The notes under the pieces: generated by a model
Told to the model about the DNA's origin: nothing
Databases searched by the model: none
The model's input: only the letters and a program-made list of their open reading frames with translations
In this document: positions 1-9,591 of the stretch, piece by piece
Numbering within the stretch: the first letter of the stretch is position 1
How the letters are laid out: each line of letters begins with the position of its first letter
Translations under genes and position numbers: made by a program
Assembly: GCA_963804085.1 (NCBI GenBank)
Contig: CAWDOQ010000019.1
Coordinates: forward strand, 224,001 to 288,000
Direction of reading: 5' to 3'
Source of the DNA: Chlamydiia bacterium
Lineage (GTDB): Bacteria > Chlamydiota > Chlamydiia > Chlamydiales > Rhabdochlamydiaceae
DNA: 64,000 bases

Positions 1-69
1 AGGCCTGTGAACGGAGGCAAGCGTAAAAATATCCTGCCAAAGAAATTGATCATTCATCATATTTTTCCT

Positions 70-330
70 TTAGCAGTTCTGCGAAATAAGTTTAAGCTTT
101 TCCTGGCGGGTCATCTTTTTGATTGCAATCTCGCGTTTGGTCGCTTTCGAGCGATTGGGGTGCTTCTCGCGGAAGAGGATAGAGCGAGGTTTGGAGAAGC
201 GAAAGAAGCGCGCCCCTTTTTTTCCGTTTAAGTGGGCAGCAAAACGGCGATCCAGGTTGGTCGTAATCCCTGTATAGAGCTTGCCCGACGCTGTCTCAAT
301 GATGTATACTTCCCACACTACTTTTCCCAT
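70..330 (-). CDS. Small GIY-YIG nuclease family protein (YhbQ/UPF0213-like)
   Basis: 86 aa with VYII...LYTGITTNLDRRFAAH..KGARF and A.KRE..IKK, the typical small GIY-YIG pattern. Confidence 0.85.
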   Translation of the reverse strand: MGKVVWEVYIIETASGKLYTGITTNLDRRFAAHLNGKKGARFFRFSKPRSILFREKHPNRSKATKREIAIKKMTRQEKLKLISQNC

Positions 331-349
331 GTTTTAATTAATATCATTT

Positions 350-1363
350 ATGACCCATTCACTTCTCCCAAAAGATCCGAGCGGCTGTCCCTTTCTTATT
401 CTTGCTCCCATGGAGGGGGTCGGGGACCGCTGTTTTCGTAAGGCGATGGCTTCGATCGGCGGATTTGATGAGGCGGTAAGAGACTTTCTGCGAGTCCCGA
501 AAAATGCGCATGTTAAGAGCCTAGCTCTTGTCTATCAAGCCGATGAGCTAGCCCCCATTCCACTTGTAGCACAGCTGATGGGATCGGATCCGGATCTCAT
601 GGCTGATATGGCCAAAGAGATGGTGGCAAGAGGCGCAAATCGAATCGATATCAATTGCGGCTGCCCCTCCAATACGGTGACTGGAAGAGGAGCGGGATCA
701 AGCCTCCTCAAAGAGCCGCGGTTCCTTTATCAGGTGGCTAAAGCGGTTGTGCAGGCTGTCGCTATTCCGGTCACGATAAAGATGCGCTCGGGATATGAGG
801 ATATCTCTTTATTCAAAGAGAATCTGCTGGCAGCAGAAGAGAGCGGCGCACGGTATATCACCCTCCACCCGCGCACAAAAGTCGATGGGTATGGGCCGCC
901 GGCGCGCTGGGATCTAATCGCCGAAGCAAAGTCGGTTCTGAAAATTCCGCTCGTGGGTAATGGAGACATTCTCAATGTGCACGACGCACTTAAGATGCTT
1001 GAGATGACGCGCTGCGATGCGCTTATGATCGGAAGGGGGAGCGTGATCAACCCGTTTATCTTTCACCAGATTCGCGCCCACTTTTCTAAAATAGAGTACA
1101 AGCCGCAATGGGCGGACGTTCTGCGCTATTTTGAGATCTACATGGCAGAAATTCCAGAGCAAGCCTCTTTAAAAGTCAGAGTAAATAAGCTAAAGCAGCT
1201 GATGAGCTTTTTCTTCAAAGCAAATGGAGCGCTCCTAGAGAAGCGCTCGTTAATTCTAACCTCTCAACATCCCGACCCCGACTCATTTTTGGAGTTCGCA
1301 CTTCCTCACTTAAAAGAGGGGTGGGAGCAAAAGGGTCTATCTCTTTTTGCGAATGACCAGTAG
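350..1363 (+). CDS. tRNA-dihydrouridine synthase family protein (DusC-like)
   Basis: LAPMEG, DINCGCP, GAGSSLL, KMRSG, LHPRT, GNGDI and MIGRG Dus motifs. Confidence 0.9.
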   Translation: MTHSLLPKDPSGCPFLILAPMEGVGDRCFRKAMASIGGFDEAVRDFLRVPKNAHVKSLALVYQADELAPIPLVAQLMGSDPDLMADMAKEMVARGANRIDINCGCPSNTVTGRGAGSSLLKEPRFLYQVAKAVVQAVAIPVTIKMRSGYEDISLFKENLLAAEESGARYITLHPRTKVDGYGPPARWDLIAEAKSVLKIPLVGNGDILNVHDALKMLEMTRCDALMIGRGSVINPFIFHQIRAHFSKIEYKPQWADVLRYFEIYMAEIPEQASLKVRVNKLKQLMSFFFKANGALLEKRSLILTSQHPDPDSFLEFALPHLKEGWEQKGLSLFANDQ

Positions 1364-1657
1364 AACGATGCCTAAGATTATTAAAGCGCCGCCACCGATT
1401 TGTAGCCCACCAGCTATTTTTTCATAGCGATCAGCTTCGGCAGATCCTGCTTTGATCTTGTTTTCGGCACTTCCTGCAATCATACCGCCGACATCTTTAG
1501 TGTAGGGGCTTAAAGAAAAGAGGCCTTTACTTTGGTCCACGCTCTTTTGCGCACTTGAAATCTGTTTCCTGCCTTCCAATACCTGTGTTTTGATGTAGAA
1601 TGATCCCAAAAGCATCGCCACACCGATGATAAATACAACAACTCCAAGCTTCTTCAT
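1337..1657 (-). CDS. Small two-TM membrane protein, hypothetical
   Basis: 106 aa with hydrophobic N- and C-terminal helices; GGAGG RBS upstream on the - strand. Confidence 0.7.
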   Translation of the reverse strand: MKKLGVVVFIIGVAMLLGSFYIKTQVLEGRKQISSAQKSVDQSKGLFSLSPYTKDVGGMIAGSAENKIKAGSAEADRYEKIAGGLQIGGGALIILGIVLLVIRKKR

Positions 1658-1771
1658 AGAAAAACCCTCCCCGGGTGATTTTAATTTTTATTTGACACAC
1701 TGCCTTAAAAATGTAAAGCGTTTTGCTGCCTCTTCTGTATACTAGCCGCTCAGATTAACGAAGGATTAAGA

Positions 1772-2797
1772 ATGCAAGACGAGTGGCAATTTTGTGTGAA
1801 GTGTTTGGAGGGGGTCTCGCGCTCCTTTTCGCTTCCGATTTCGATGCTTGAGGGGGACGTGCGCAAAAGTGTCACGTGCGCTTATCTTCTTTGCCGCATT
1901 GTCGATACGATCGAAGATGATCGTGCGCTGTCGCAAGAAAGGCGAGACTCTCTCTTTCGAGCCTTTTTAGCTTTTTTGCATGACAAGATCTCAGAAGTTG
2001 CTTGGGCTCACGAGGTCGCACCCCTGGAAGGAAGCGAGAGCGAAAGAGAGCTAGCACACGGGATGGCGCAGGTTTTATGTGTCCTTAAAGAGCTGCCAAT
2101 AAATATGCAGGAGGCTTGCAAAAGATGGGTGCAAGAGATGTGCATGGGCATGCAGCTATACAGTGTGCGGCCCAAAGGTGTAGACGGTATCCGTGCGCTT
2201 ATCGACTTAAACGATCTTAATCGCTACTGCTACTTTGTTGCAGGAACCGTGGGCCATCTATTGACCGAGCTCTTTCTTTTAGAGCATCCCGATCTTTTAC
2301 AAGAGGCAGCTCCTATTTTAGAGCGCCATGCTGAGGCATTTGGCGTTGCTCTCCAGCTTGTCAACATTTTGAAGGATCTTGCAAAAGACCGTGCAAGCGG
2401 CTACTCCTTTATTCCGCGCTCTTTAGGTGTCTTTAATTGCCAGCCGGAGCTTGCTCACGAAAGACTTCAGCCCCTCTTTCATCTTGCTTACACAAGCTTG
2501 GATGATGCCATGCAGTATGTGTTTGCGGTCTCTTCTGAACTGCGCTCTATTCGGCTCTTTCTTTTGATCCCTCTTCTGATGGCAGTTGCGACTTTGAAGC
2601 TCGCAGAAGGAAATGATGCGATTTTTCAGACCGGGAGCCGCATCGCCATTTCGCGAAATGAGGTGGAGAGCTTGGTCCAAGCTGCGCTTGCCTATGCGCA
2701 AGATGACCATGCGCTCAAAGAGCTTTACGCCGCTCTAATTCAAGGTGTCGATGCCTTGGAAGCAGTCGGCAATGACCTGAACCTCAGCCGGGTCTAA
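1772..2797 (+). CDS. Squalene/phytoene synthase family (head-to-head prenyltransferase)
   Basis: VSRSF, YLLCRIVDTIEDD (Asp-rich motif), YCYFVAGTVG, LQLVNILKD. Confidence 0.9.
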   Translation: MQDEWQFCVKCLEGVSRSFSLPISMLEGDVRKSVTCAYLLCRIVDTIEDDRALSQERRDSLFRAFLAFLHDKISEVAWAHEVAPLEGSESERELAHGMAQVLCVLKELPINMQEACKRWVQEMCMGMQLYSVRPKGVDGIRALIDLNDLNRYCYFVAGTVGHLLTELFLLEHPDLLQEAAPILERHAEAFGVALQLVNILKDLAKDRASGYSFIPRSLGVFNCQPELAHERLQPLFHLAYTSLDDAMQYVFAVSSELRSIRLFLLIPLLMAVATLKLAEGNDAIFQTGSRIAISRNEVESLVQAALAYAQDDHALKELYAALIQGVDALEAVGNDLNLSRV

Positions 2798-5206
2798 TCC
2801 CAACGTCAGTCGTACGGTGGTGTATTTTTCTCCCGGAAGCACGGTGAAATTAGAGTGATAAAAACCGAGGCTTGATCTACAAAAGATCGGGTGTCCTGCT
2901 GCTAAGCATTTCAACAAAAGAGATCCCATCACAAACGCGCATCCGCGCTCATAATGTAAAGGCCCTTCGATCTTAAAGTCGACAAAACCTGCCTGCGCAT
3001 CTGCTTTGATCGGAACGATGTAATAGCACGAGCCATCTCTACGTACGAGTTTATCCGAGAGTTTATCTAAGAGAGCTCGTGTATTGTCGAAGATCTCTTT
3101 GCGGTAGAGATCCAGCTCGGAGCTGGCATGTTGATAAGCGAGACAAAACCAGTTGGCGCTTAACCGATCTGTCTGAAGTAAGGAGTTGTATAAAAGCGAA
3201 TCAAAAGAGTTCCATTTAGAATCTTCATTGTGAATCATAAAAAAGGGGGCGCCGCAGTAGTTGTCCATGCCAAAGAGGTCATATTTCAGGCCGCTTCTGT
3301 AGCAGATGATGTTGAAGAGACCCTTTTCTATCTCGGGTGCAAACTCACTCAGCAGCTTTTTGACGTGAGGGGATTGGATAAAGTCGATCGTGCAATCGAT
3401 CGCGACAGTGAGAGGCTTCTCTCTTTTTGCATTTAAACATCTATGCAAGGTGTCAGCTACCTTTTCCAACTGATAGTTGGTAGGCTCTTTAGTGATTCTT
3501 TTCAGAACAGGGTTGAATTGCACTAAAAGAAGATCGACCTCTTTGTAATCCTCATCCCTTGCCTCTTCGACCGAAGAGCTGTTTCCGATTGCAAGCGAGG
3601 TGTTGATACACTCGTAGTAGGTGTTCTCTCCAAAGAGGATGCGTGGAGTTTTACCCACGCTTTTTTCCACAGCTTTAAAAACTCCTGCAAGACTTGTCAT
3701 GCCGGAGGAGTGGAGCGTGTAAGAGGTAAGTGGTTTTAAACTTGTGGGAATAAAAGTGACAATGCGTTCGTAAATGGAAGCAAAATCTTTGTGCTCAAAC
3801 GGGGAGAAGATCTCTAGCAGGGCCGTTAGGTCTGCGTGTATGAGTTCGATATGCGAGGCAACATCGAAAAAGGAGAGCTTGTTTCCCTGCTTTTGTAAAA
3901 GCTCAAGCTGCTGCTTAATTTTAAAAAAAGAGAGCTGAATGAGGGTCGATTTTGTAAGAGAGCTTGTAATGCCCTTCCACTCTTTTTTCGAAATGAGGTC
4001 TAACAACCCATGCAGCAACTTGATTGTCCCCTTCAACATCAGATGCTTTTGAGGGTGGTGAGCAAAAGCCCTCTCATCGACAGAGTTGAGAAACGAGGCA
4101 AACTCTTTTTTCACTGCATAGGGGAGTGGAGGGAACGCGACATTTCCTGTAGAAGAGGAGGCTTCTATGAGGCCGTGATCGAGCTCTACGCGGTTGACAG
4201 ATAGCCCAAACCGAGAGACCCACTCTAATAGAAATTGTTCTTGGAGATAGCGCTCTTGGGATGAACAAGAGTCCATGGGAAGAAGACGGATCCCCCCAAT
4301 CCCTTCCTGCTCCATGCGTTGCACAAAGAGAAGATCATTTAAGTTGAGAGCGGGGCCTTTCCAAGCTTGGGCAAAAGAGGTTTGAAAGTTTTTCCACGCC
4401 TCTCGCCACTCTGTGCGCTCCGCTCTATCCGGAGGCAAAACAGCAGTTAAATCGACAAACACTTTTGTGTCCGTCTCTTGCAGTTTTGCAAGACATCTTG
4501 CAGCACTCTCTTCACATCTCTCCTCTTTTGCCACCTCAATGCAAGAAGGCAGATAATCTTGTAACTGGTAGGGCCGAGTTAACATCAGGGGAAAGTCGAG
4601 TGGCTGAGGCAGCCTCTCTTTCCACGCTAGCATCCGCTTTTTATAAGTATCAGAGACGTGAGAGGCAGGGATTCTTGCGTAATAGTCGCCCGTCTCCGGA
4701 TGTGCTTGAACAGAGATGCCGAAACTAGGAAAGATCCAGTCGATCAGCCAAGAGTGGATTCCAGAGCTCTTGGCAAGCCAGCGCTTCTCGAGAAAATGGA
4801 GCAGCTCTTTTTCTTCTGGCGAATTTGCACGAATCTGGGAGAGGAGCCTTTTGTTGAGATGCCAAGATTGATAGGGTGCCAGAGCAGAGGCAGAAGTTTT
4901 CAATATCTGGACAAAAGAGTGTTTGGCAATAGCGTCACAAAGCTCGCTCAGCATGAGGCACTCTTTTGCAAACGGGGGGCAAATGGTGCCGGCGACCCTA
5001 GAGAAAATGGATGCCGATTTAAATAGGGTTGCTATGCTGTAAAAGAAGGCTTTTTCCGAGACTTTGGTGCAAATGATGCGCACATTTTCCAAAGGCGAGG
5101 CAGGAGGGGCTAAAGATAGCTCGAAGTGAGAGGGGAGATCGTCTAGTTCCGCTCTGCTACAGACAGGCAGAGCGAAGAGGATGATGAAAAGCAAGATCCT
5201 GTTCAC
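2735..5206 (-). CDS. Large, possibly exported protein with a C-terminal fold-type-I PLP-enzyme-like domain
   Basis: Likely GTG start at 5206 gives a signal-peptide-like N-terminus (VNRILLFIILFALPVCSRA); C-half has SSGM, IDCT and RSGLKY. The ORF-track extension to 5395 runs into the palindromic element. Confidence 0.55.
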   Translation of the reverse strand: MNRILLFIILFALPVCSRAELDDLPSHFELSLAPPASPLENVRIICTKVSEKAFFYSIATLFKSASIFSRVAGTICPPFAKECLMLSELCDAIAKHSFVQILKTSASALAPYQSWHLNKRLLSQIRANSPEEKELLHFLEKRWLAKSSGIHSWLIDWIFPSFGISVQAHPETGDYYARIPASHVSDTYKKRMLAWKERLPQPLDFPLMLTRPYQLQDYLPSCIEVAKEERCEESAARCLAKLQETDTKVFVDLTAVLPPDRAERTEWREAWKNFQTSFAQAWKGPALNLNDLLFVQRMEQEGIGGIRLLPMDSCSSQERYLQEQFLLEWVSRFGLSVNRVELDHGLIEASSSTGNVAFPPLPYAVKKEFASFLNSVDERAFAHHPQKHLMLKGTIKLLHGLLDLISKKEWKGITSSLTKSTLIQLSFFKIKQQLELLQKQGNKLSFFDVASHIELIHADLTALLEIFSPFEHKDFASIYERIVTFIPTSLKPLTSYTLHSSGMTSLAGVFKAVEKSVGKTPRILFGENTYYECINTSLAIGNSSSVEEARDEDYKEVDLLLVQFNPVLKRITKEPTNYQLEKVADTLHRCLNAKREKPLTVAIDCTIDFIQSPHVKKLLSEFAPEIEKGLFNIICYRSGLKYDLFGMDNYCGAPFFMIHNEDSKWNSFDSLLYNSLLQTDRLSANWFCLAYQHASSELDLYRKEIFDNTRALLDKLSDKLVRRDGSCYYIVPIKADAQAGFVDFKIEGPLHYERGCAFVMGSLLLKCLAAGHPIFCRSSLGFYHSNFTVLPGEKYTTVRLTLGLDPAEVQVIADCFQGIDTLN

Positions 5207-5256
5207 AACACACGTATAGCCGGAAAAGAACAGCCTGTCAAGAGTGTTTACCAAAA

Positions 5257-5980
5257 AGAGCCATTCCCAGTGTGGCTGATTTTGATTGTTGTTCAAAACT
5301 AAGACTTTACATAGTGCCTCTAGAGACATGTCGGGAGTACGGGAGAGCACTTCGTGTCCCTTTCCGCACCCCCTGCTGGCCCCTTTGCGACTCACCTCAC
5401 TTTGCCAAATCGTGTCCTCGGAGTCGGGGCGTGTATAACACAGCCCCGAACGTGCTTTGCACTCTCCTGTGGTACGATTTTGCTGTGCGATCTGAGTCGA
5501 TTGGCTGCTCGCGCGTTCGTCTCCCCGCGGACTTACGTCTCGGGCGGGGCCCCTTTCTCACGTCGTGTCGCAGTGCCCATTCTTTTTCAACACCGCGAGA
5601 ATCGCGGTGTTCTTGAAGAGGCGCTGACGAGTTGTTTTACTTCGAACTGCTGTGATTACTCTTCGAGAATAGCTCTGCGACACGACGCGAGAAGGGACCC
5701 GCCCCGAGACGTAAGTCCGGCGGGAAGTGAGCGCACGAGCAGCCAACGGTTTCAAGCTGCACAGAGAAATTGCACCCACAGGAGAGCGCGAAGCGCGTGG
5801 GGGGCCGTGTTATACACGCCCCTCCGACGAGGATGCGATTTATCAAAGCAGATTGAAACTCAAGAGGGGTCGCGGGGGACGCGCACACGAAGTGGCGTGG
5901 AACCCGACATGTCTCTAGAGGCACTAGTAAGGGTTTAGTTTTAAACAAAAATCAAAATCAGCCACAACGGGAAATGCTCT
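5257..5980. repeat. ~720-bp imperfect inverted repeat (giant palindrome; MITE/REPIN-like)
   Basis: Arms ~5257-5582 and ~5667-5980 are reverse complements with perfect blocks (tgtggctgattttgatt, tagtgcctctagagacatgtcggg, ggggcgtgtataacac, cggacttacgtctcggg, cgtcgtgtcgcag); central hairpin aacaccgcga-gaa-tcgcggtgtt. Confidence 0.9.
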
Positions 5981-6035
5981 CATCGGGAATAGTTTACCTA
6001 AAAAGGTAGGCTCTGCTATCTTTTTCACTCAAATT

Positions 6036-7586
6036 ATGGCACATCCAGTAAAAAGACAGAGAACAGAGCCGCATAATGCTGCGAGCACCCCTCCTCCTCA
6101 GGAGAGTGGTAAGCCACAAAACCTTTCCTTTGGCATTCAAGCAACAATTGCCGGATTTCTCGGCGTACAGGAAATTTTAAGTGTAAGGCACGTTTGCCGT
6201 AGCCTCAATCACAATTTAAATTGCGAACATGTCTGGAGACAGTTTATCCAGCAGAACTTTCCCGAAGTCGATCTCACCAAAGTGTCAGACAATAAGGCGA
6301 AATTCAAAGAGCTACATCAAACCGTTCAAGAGAACATCCGGAAGGGTCAGTTTTCAATCCGTGAATTTAATTTGGACAAAGATCGTACCCGCGTTGACAC
6401 CTCCTTGCAATCCATCTATCTGCCAATTAGCACGGCCCACACACATCCTGTTTCTAACTGCTTTGTCACGAATTTTGAGATGTCAAAGCTGCCGGACATC
6501 CCCTTCATGCTGGACGCCCCCTTCACCCAATGTGAAGCATATGATTTCAGCGGCAAGCTGATCTGTAAGCCCGACCTTTCCAAGAGTCCTTTTTCCTCTC
6601 CTCGCACTTTTATCCTATCCTACCTTACAGCTAGCGAGCTCTTTCTTATGGCGCATCCGGCCGGCACCAAGGATGCCACTTGTGCTCGCTTTTCTAGGAC
6701 GGATGGATCCTTTTTAAACAGTTTCACATTCTCCTACGCCAAGACTGCTTTTAACACGCGAGTCGTGAAGGCCATCGACTATTTGGCACAACAGATCATC
6801 TTGCAAGAAGAGCATCGTCCGCAAGGCAATCGTTTTACTGTCGTAAATTTTCAAGGCAAAGAGGTTCAGAAATACACCTTTCCTAAGGGGCAGCTATCCC
6901 AATTTTCACGAGCGACCCACTCCGTTTTTTATCTAGATGACACCACGCTTTGCGAGCAGCCGATAGGTCGTGATAAGAAGGTGCGGTTTAAGCTCCCTCC
7001 ATGGACCTACAACCCCATGGAACTACACAGAAAGCCTGAAATAGAGGGGTTGGAAGCCAATGATCAGCTCATCGCGGCCTATTCTAACTGGGGAGAGATC
7101 CGTCTCTGGGACTACACAACGGGCACGCTTCTACGCGCAATCAAGCCCGCATTTGAAAGAGTGCAGCCAGATTATTTGATGGATGGGAATCCGATCTCTA
7201 TGCTCTCTCTTTTACGCACTAAAGTTGAGGTGACCTTTAACATGCACCTTCTCAATGATAAAGAGGCGGAGCGTTCAAAGCTCGGAAGCAATAGAGTCGT
7301 GCTCTACGATGATAAGGGAAAAGAGCTTCTATCCACTTTGTCGATTTGCAATGCCCCACTTCTCTTTCCCTTGTGGGAACGCTCCGTTCTGGGGGCGCAG
7401 CCCCATCAAGGGGCTCCTAACACCCTTTTTTGGTCGATAAATAACGCATCAGGAAAGAGTGTGGGCACTTTTACGCTTTCGCCCTTGACGTATGGCGTGT
7501 CTTGCCATTCTGCCCGTGGCCGTGAAATCACCCTCGCCTACTCCGACCGCATTCAGATCCTCGACTTCGGCCCTAATCTACATTGA
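6036..7586 (+). CDS. F-box-like protein with a beta-propeller/WD40-like C-terminus (putative effector)
   Basis: LSFGIQATIAGFL..EILSVRHVCRSL...VWRQF resembles an F-box; GEIRLWD and IQILDF are WD-like ends. Confidence 0.65.
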   Translation: MAHPVKRQRTEPHNAASTPPPQESGKPQNLSFGIQATIAGFLGVQEILSVRHVCRSLNHNLNCEHVWRQFIQQNFPEVDLTKVSDNKAKFKELHQTVQENIRKGQFSIREFNLDKDRTRVDTSLQSIYLPISTAHTHPVSNCFVTNFEMSKLPDIPFMLDAPFTQCEAYDFSGKLICKPDLSKSPFSSPRTFILSYLTASELFLMAHPAGTKDATCARFSRTDGSFLNSFTFSYAKTAFNTRVVKAIDYLAQQIILQEEHRPQGNRFTVVNFQGKEVQKYTFPKGQLSQFSRATHSVFYLDDTTLCEQPIGRDKKVRFKLPPWTYNPMELHRKPEIEGLEANDQLIAAYSNWGEIRLWDYTTGTLLRAIKPAFERVQPDYLMDGNPISMLSLLRTKVEVTFNMHLLNDKEAERSKLGSNRVVLYDDKGKELLSTLSICNAPLLFPLWERSVLGAQPHQGAPNTLFWSINNASGKSVGTFTLSPLTYGVSCHSARGREITLAYSDRIQILDFGPNLH

Positions 7587-8784
7587 AATATTTGCTGTAG
7601 CGCATCGGCTGGTCGTTCTTCCAAGGACAGTAGCTATTGCAGAAGTCGATTCGCTCGGCAAGCGGCGGGTGGGAGCTTCTCCAGAACTTATAGACGTTGC
7701 CCGGGCGTGGGTTGGCTAGGTTGCCATGCTGTAAAACTAGGAAGGCTTCTGCCGCGGACTTGTTGTCTTTTGTGATCTCCAGGCCGAAGCGGTCCGCCTC
7801 ATGCTCTATGTGGCGCGAGATGCAGTTCATCAGCGGTGTGAAGAGCAGCGTAAAGAAGCCTATGAAAAAGAGTAGCAGGGGAAGGGAGGCGATATCGTAC
7901 AGCTTTTTAAAGCCAAAACGTTTTTTGTAGCGGTCGAGAAAATAAGTAGAAGCGCAGTAGGTGAGGTAGAAGATCGCAAATGAGATAGCCGAAAGGTAGG
8001 CAAAAGACCACCAGACGTGGTGCAGAACATAGTGGCCCATCTCGTGGCCCATGACGAAGAGGATCTCTTTGGGCGTCATCTTCTCAATCGTCGTGTCCCA
8101 GAGAACGATTCTGTTTGTTTTCCCAAAGCCCGTGACGTATGCGTTGAGCTTTGTGGTGTCTTGGCTCTTATCCACTTCAAAGACGCGTCCATCTTCGATG
8201 CCGGCTTTTGCAGCTAACTTTAAGATCTGCTGTTCGAGCTCCTTGTTTTTCATCGGTCCAAACTTATTAAAGAGGGGATCGATCCATATAGGCTGTATAA
8301 ACATCAGAAGAAACAGGAGAATAGAGCTCACAATGCTGCTATAAAACCACCATCTTTTCGGGCTCTTTTTAAGCAGAAGGTAGAAGATCCAGACGAAGGC
8401 GACAAGACCTACGACATTTACGAGCGTGTCTATCCCATAATTTCCAAGCCATCTGCTGAAAGTTTGTGTAGATAGGTTATACGCGTGCTCGCGGATATAA
8501 TCGGAGTAGAGATCCAGCGGGAAGCTTAGCAATTTATAGATAACGAAAAAGAGGACCAGATAGATTGCGATCGAGAAGAACCACTTTTTGCCCCATTTTT
8601 CAGAAAAACGGGAAAGTTTGCCCGTAAAGCCCCACAACAAGAAAAGTAGAGGCACGATCAGGGCCCAGCCCTGCTGAATAATCCAAAGCAGATTGCCGCT
8701 CTGGTAGTAGCGCATCGCTTCGGCGCTAGCTTCTGGCACCGCAACATGTGCACACTCCGCTGCAAAGAAAATAGTCTCGATCAT
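7573..8784 (-). CDS. M48 family (Ste24-like) membrane metalloprotease
   Basis: Multiple TMs, NAYVTG, HEMGH zinc motif, E.EAD, SHP...ERI. Confidence 0.9.
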   Translation of the reverse strand: MIETIFFAAECAHVAVPEASAEAMRYYQSGNLLWIIQQGWALIVPLLFLLWGFTGKLSRFSEKWGKKWFFSIAIYLVLFFVIYKLLSFPLDLYSDYIREHAYNLSTQTFSRWLGNYGIDTLVNVVGLVAFVWIFYLLLKKSPKRWWFYSSIVSSILLFLLMFIQPIWIDPLFNKFGPMKNKELEQQILKLAAKAGIEDGRVFEVDKSQDTTKLNAYVTGFGKTNRIVLWDTTIEKMTPKEILFVMGHEMGHYVLHHVWWSFAYLSAISFAIFYLTYCASTYFLDRYKKRFGFKKLYDIASLPLLLFFIGFFTLLFTPLMNCISRHIEHEADRFGLEITKDNKSAAEAFLVLQHGNLANPRPGNVYKFWRSSHPPLAERIDFCNSYCPWKNDQPMRYSKYFNVD

Positions 8785-8802
8785 AAAGCCTCCTGATTAA
8801 TT

Positions 8803-8834
8803 CGGGCATGGGCACGGGCACGCACACGGGCACG
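8803..8834. repeat. REP-like (GGGCAC)n tract; related copies at 11120-11155, 11655-11682 and ~14418
   Basis: cgggcatgggcacgggcacgcacacgggcacg matches the reverse complement of the tract at ~11125-11155. Confidence 0.7.
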
Positions 8835-8854
8835 TCAAAAAAGAGCTGCGCAAC

Positions 8855-9580
8855 ATGTGCTTCTTGCCGCATACTACTCAGGTGCGATTTTTAATATATA
8901 TAATTTTTCTCCTTCTCGTTTGTCCTATCAATGCTGCCGGTCCGATGACGCACCTCTATTTTGCAGAATATTTTTGCAAGGTTCATGGGATATGGAATGA
9001 AAAGAGCGTCAGAGAATTTATGGTGGGCACACTTTTTCCCGATATCCGGTACATCGCCCACATTCCGCGAGAAGCGACCCATTTTCCTCTGGAGGAACTA
9101 AAGGATGTCCTACAAGAGAAGAGGCCCTTCTATGCAGGCATGAAATTCCATGCTTGGGTCGATAGCATCCGCGAAGAGATCGTCGTCTTATCCGGCATCT
9201 ATGAGGCGGTCGCTCCCCATGCAGAAGGGCGCGACGCCACATTTTTAAAGTTTATCGAAGAGGAGATCTTGGCCGATTTTTACGATGGCCGCAAATGGTC
9301 CTACTGTTTCGACAAGCCTCATACTGAAGAAAGATTTTTTGTAAGCTCAGATACTCTGATTGCAAAATGGCATGACATACTCCAGTATTCGATGAACTAC
9401 CGCCCTAGCTGGCTCTTTTGGGGCGCTTCCTACTTGCGACCTACGGTCATGAGCATTCCGGCTGCCACGATTTATAATTGGAGCTACTCTTTGCCAAAAC
9501 TCGCAAAGGAGCCCCGTTTTCAAGAGCATGTCAAGCTGATGCATGAAAAAATTCTGGAAGCGATTTGCACTTGTAGGTAA
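8855..9580 (+). CDS. Hypothetical exported protein, possibly zinc-dependent phospholipase C-like
   Basis: Signal-like N-terminus followed by GPMTH...GTLFPDI...THF...FHAWVD, a His/Asp-rich pattern. Confidence 0.45.
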   Translation: MCFLPHTTQVRFLIYIIFLLLVCPINAAGPMTHLYFAEYFCKVHGIWNEKSVREFMVGTLFPDIRYIAHIPREATHFPLEELKDVLQEKRPFYAGMKFHAWVDSIREEIVVLSGIYEAVAPHAEGRDATFLKFIEEEILADFYDGRKWSYCFDKPHTEERFFVSSDTLIAKWHDILQYSMNYRPSWLFWGASYLRPTVMSIPAATIYNWSYSLPKLAKEPRFQEHVKLMHEKILEAICTCR

Positions 9581-9591
9581 AGAGAAGAGGT

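Noticed and set aside
70..330. Homing endonuclease or mobiliser of the palindromic elements
   Set aside because: Small stand-alone YhbQ-like GIY-YIG with no intron, extra DNA-binding domain or flanking repeats.
5272..5948. ORFs of 63-194 aa on both strands, and the 886-aa N-terminal extension
   Set aside because: They lie inside the giant palindrome, mirror each other and lack family motifs.
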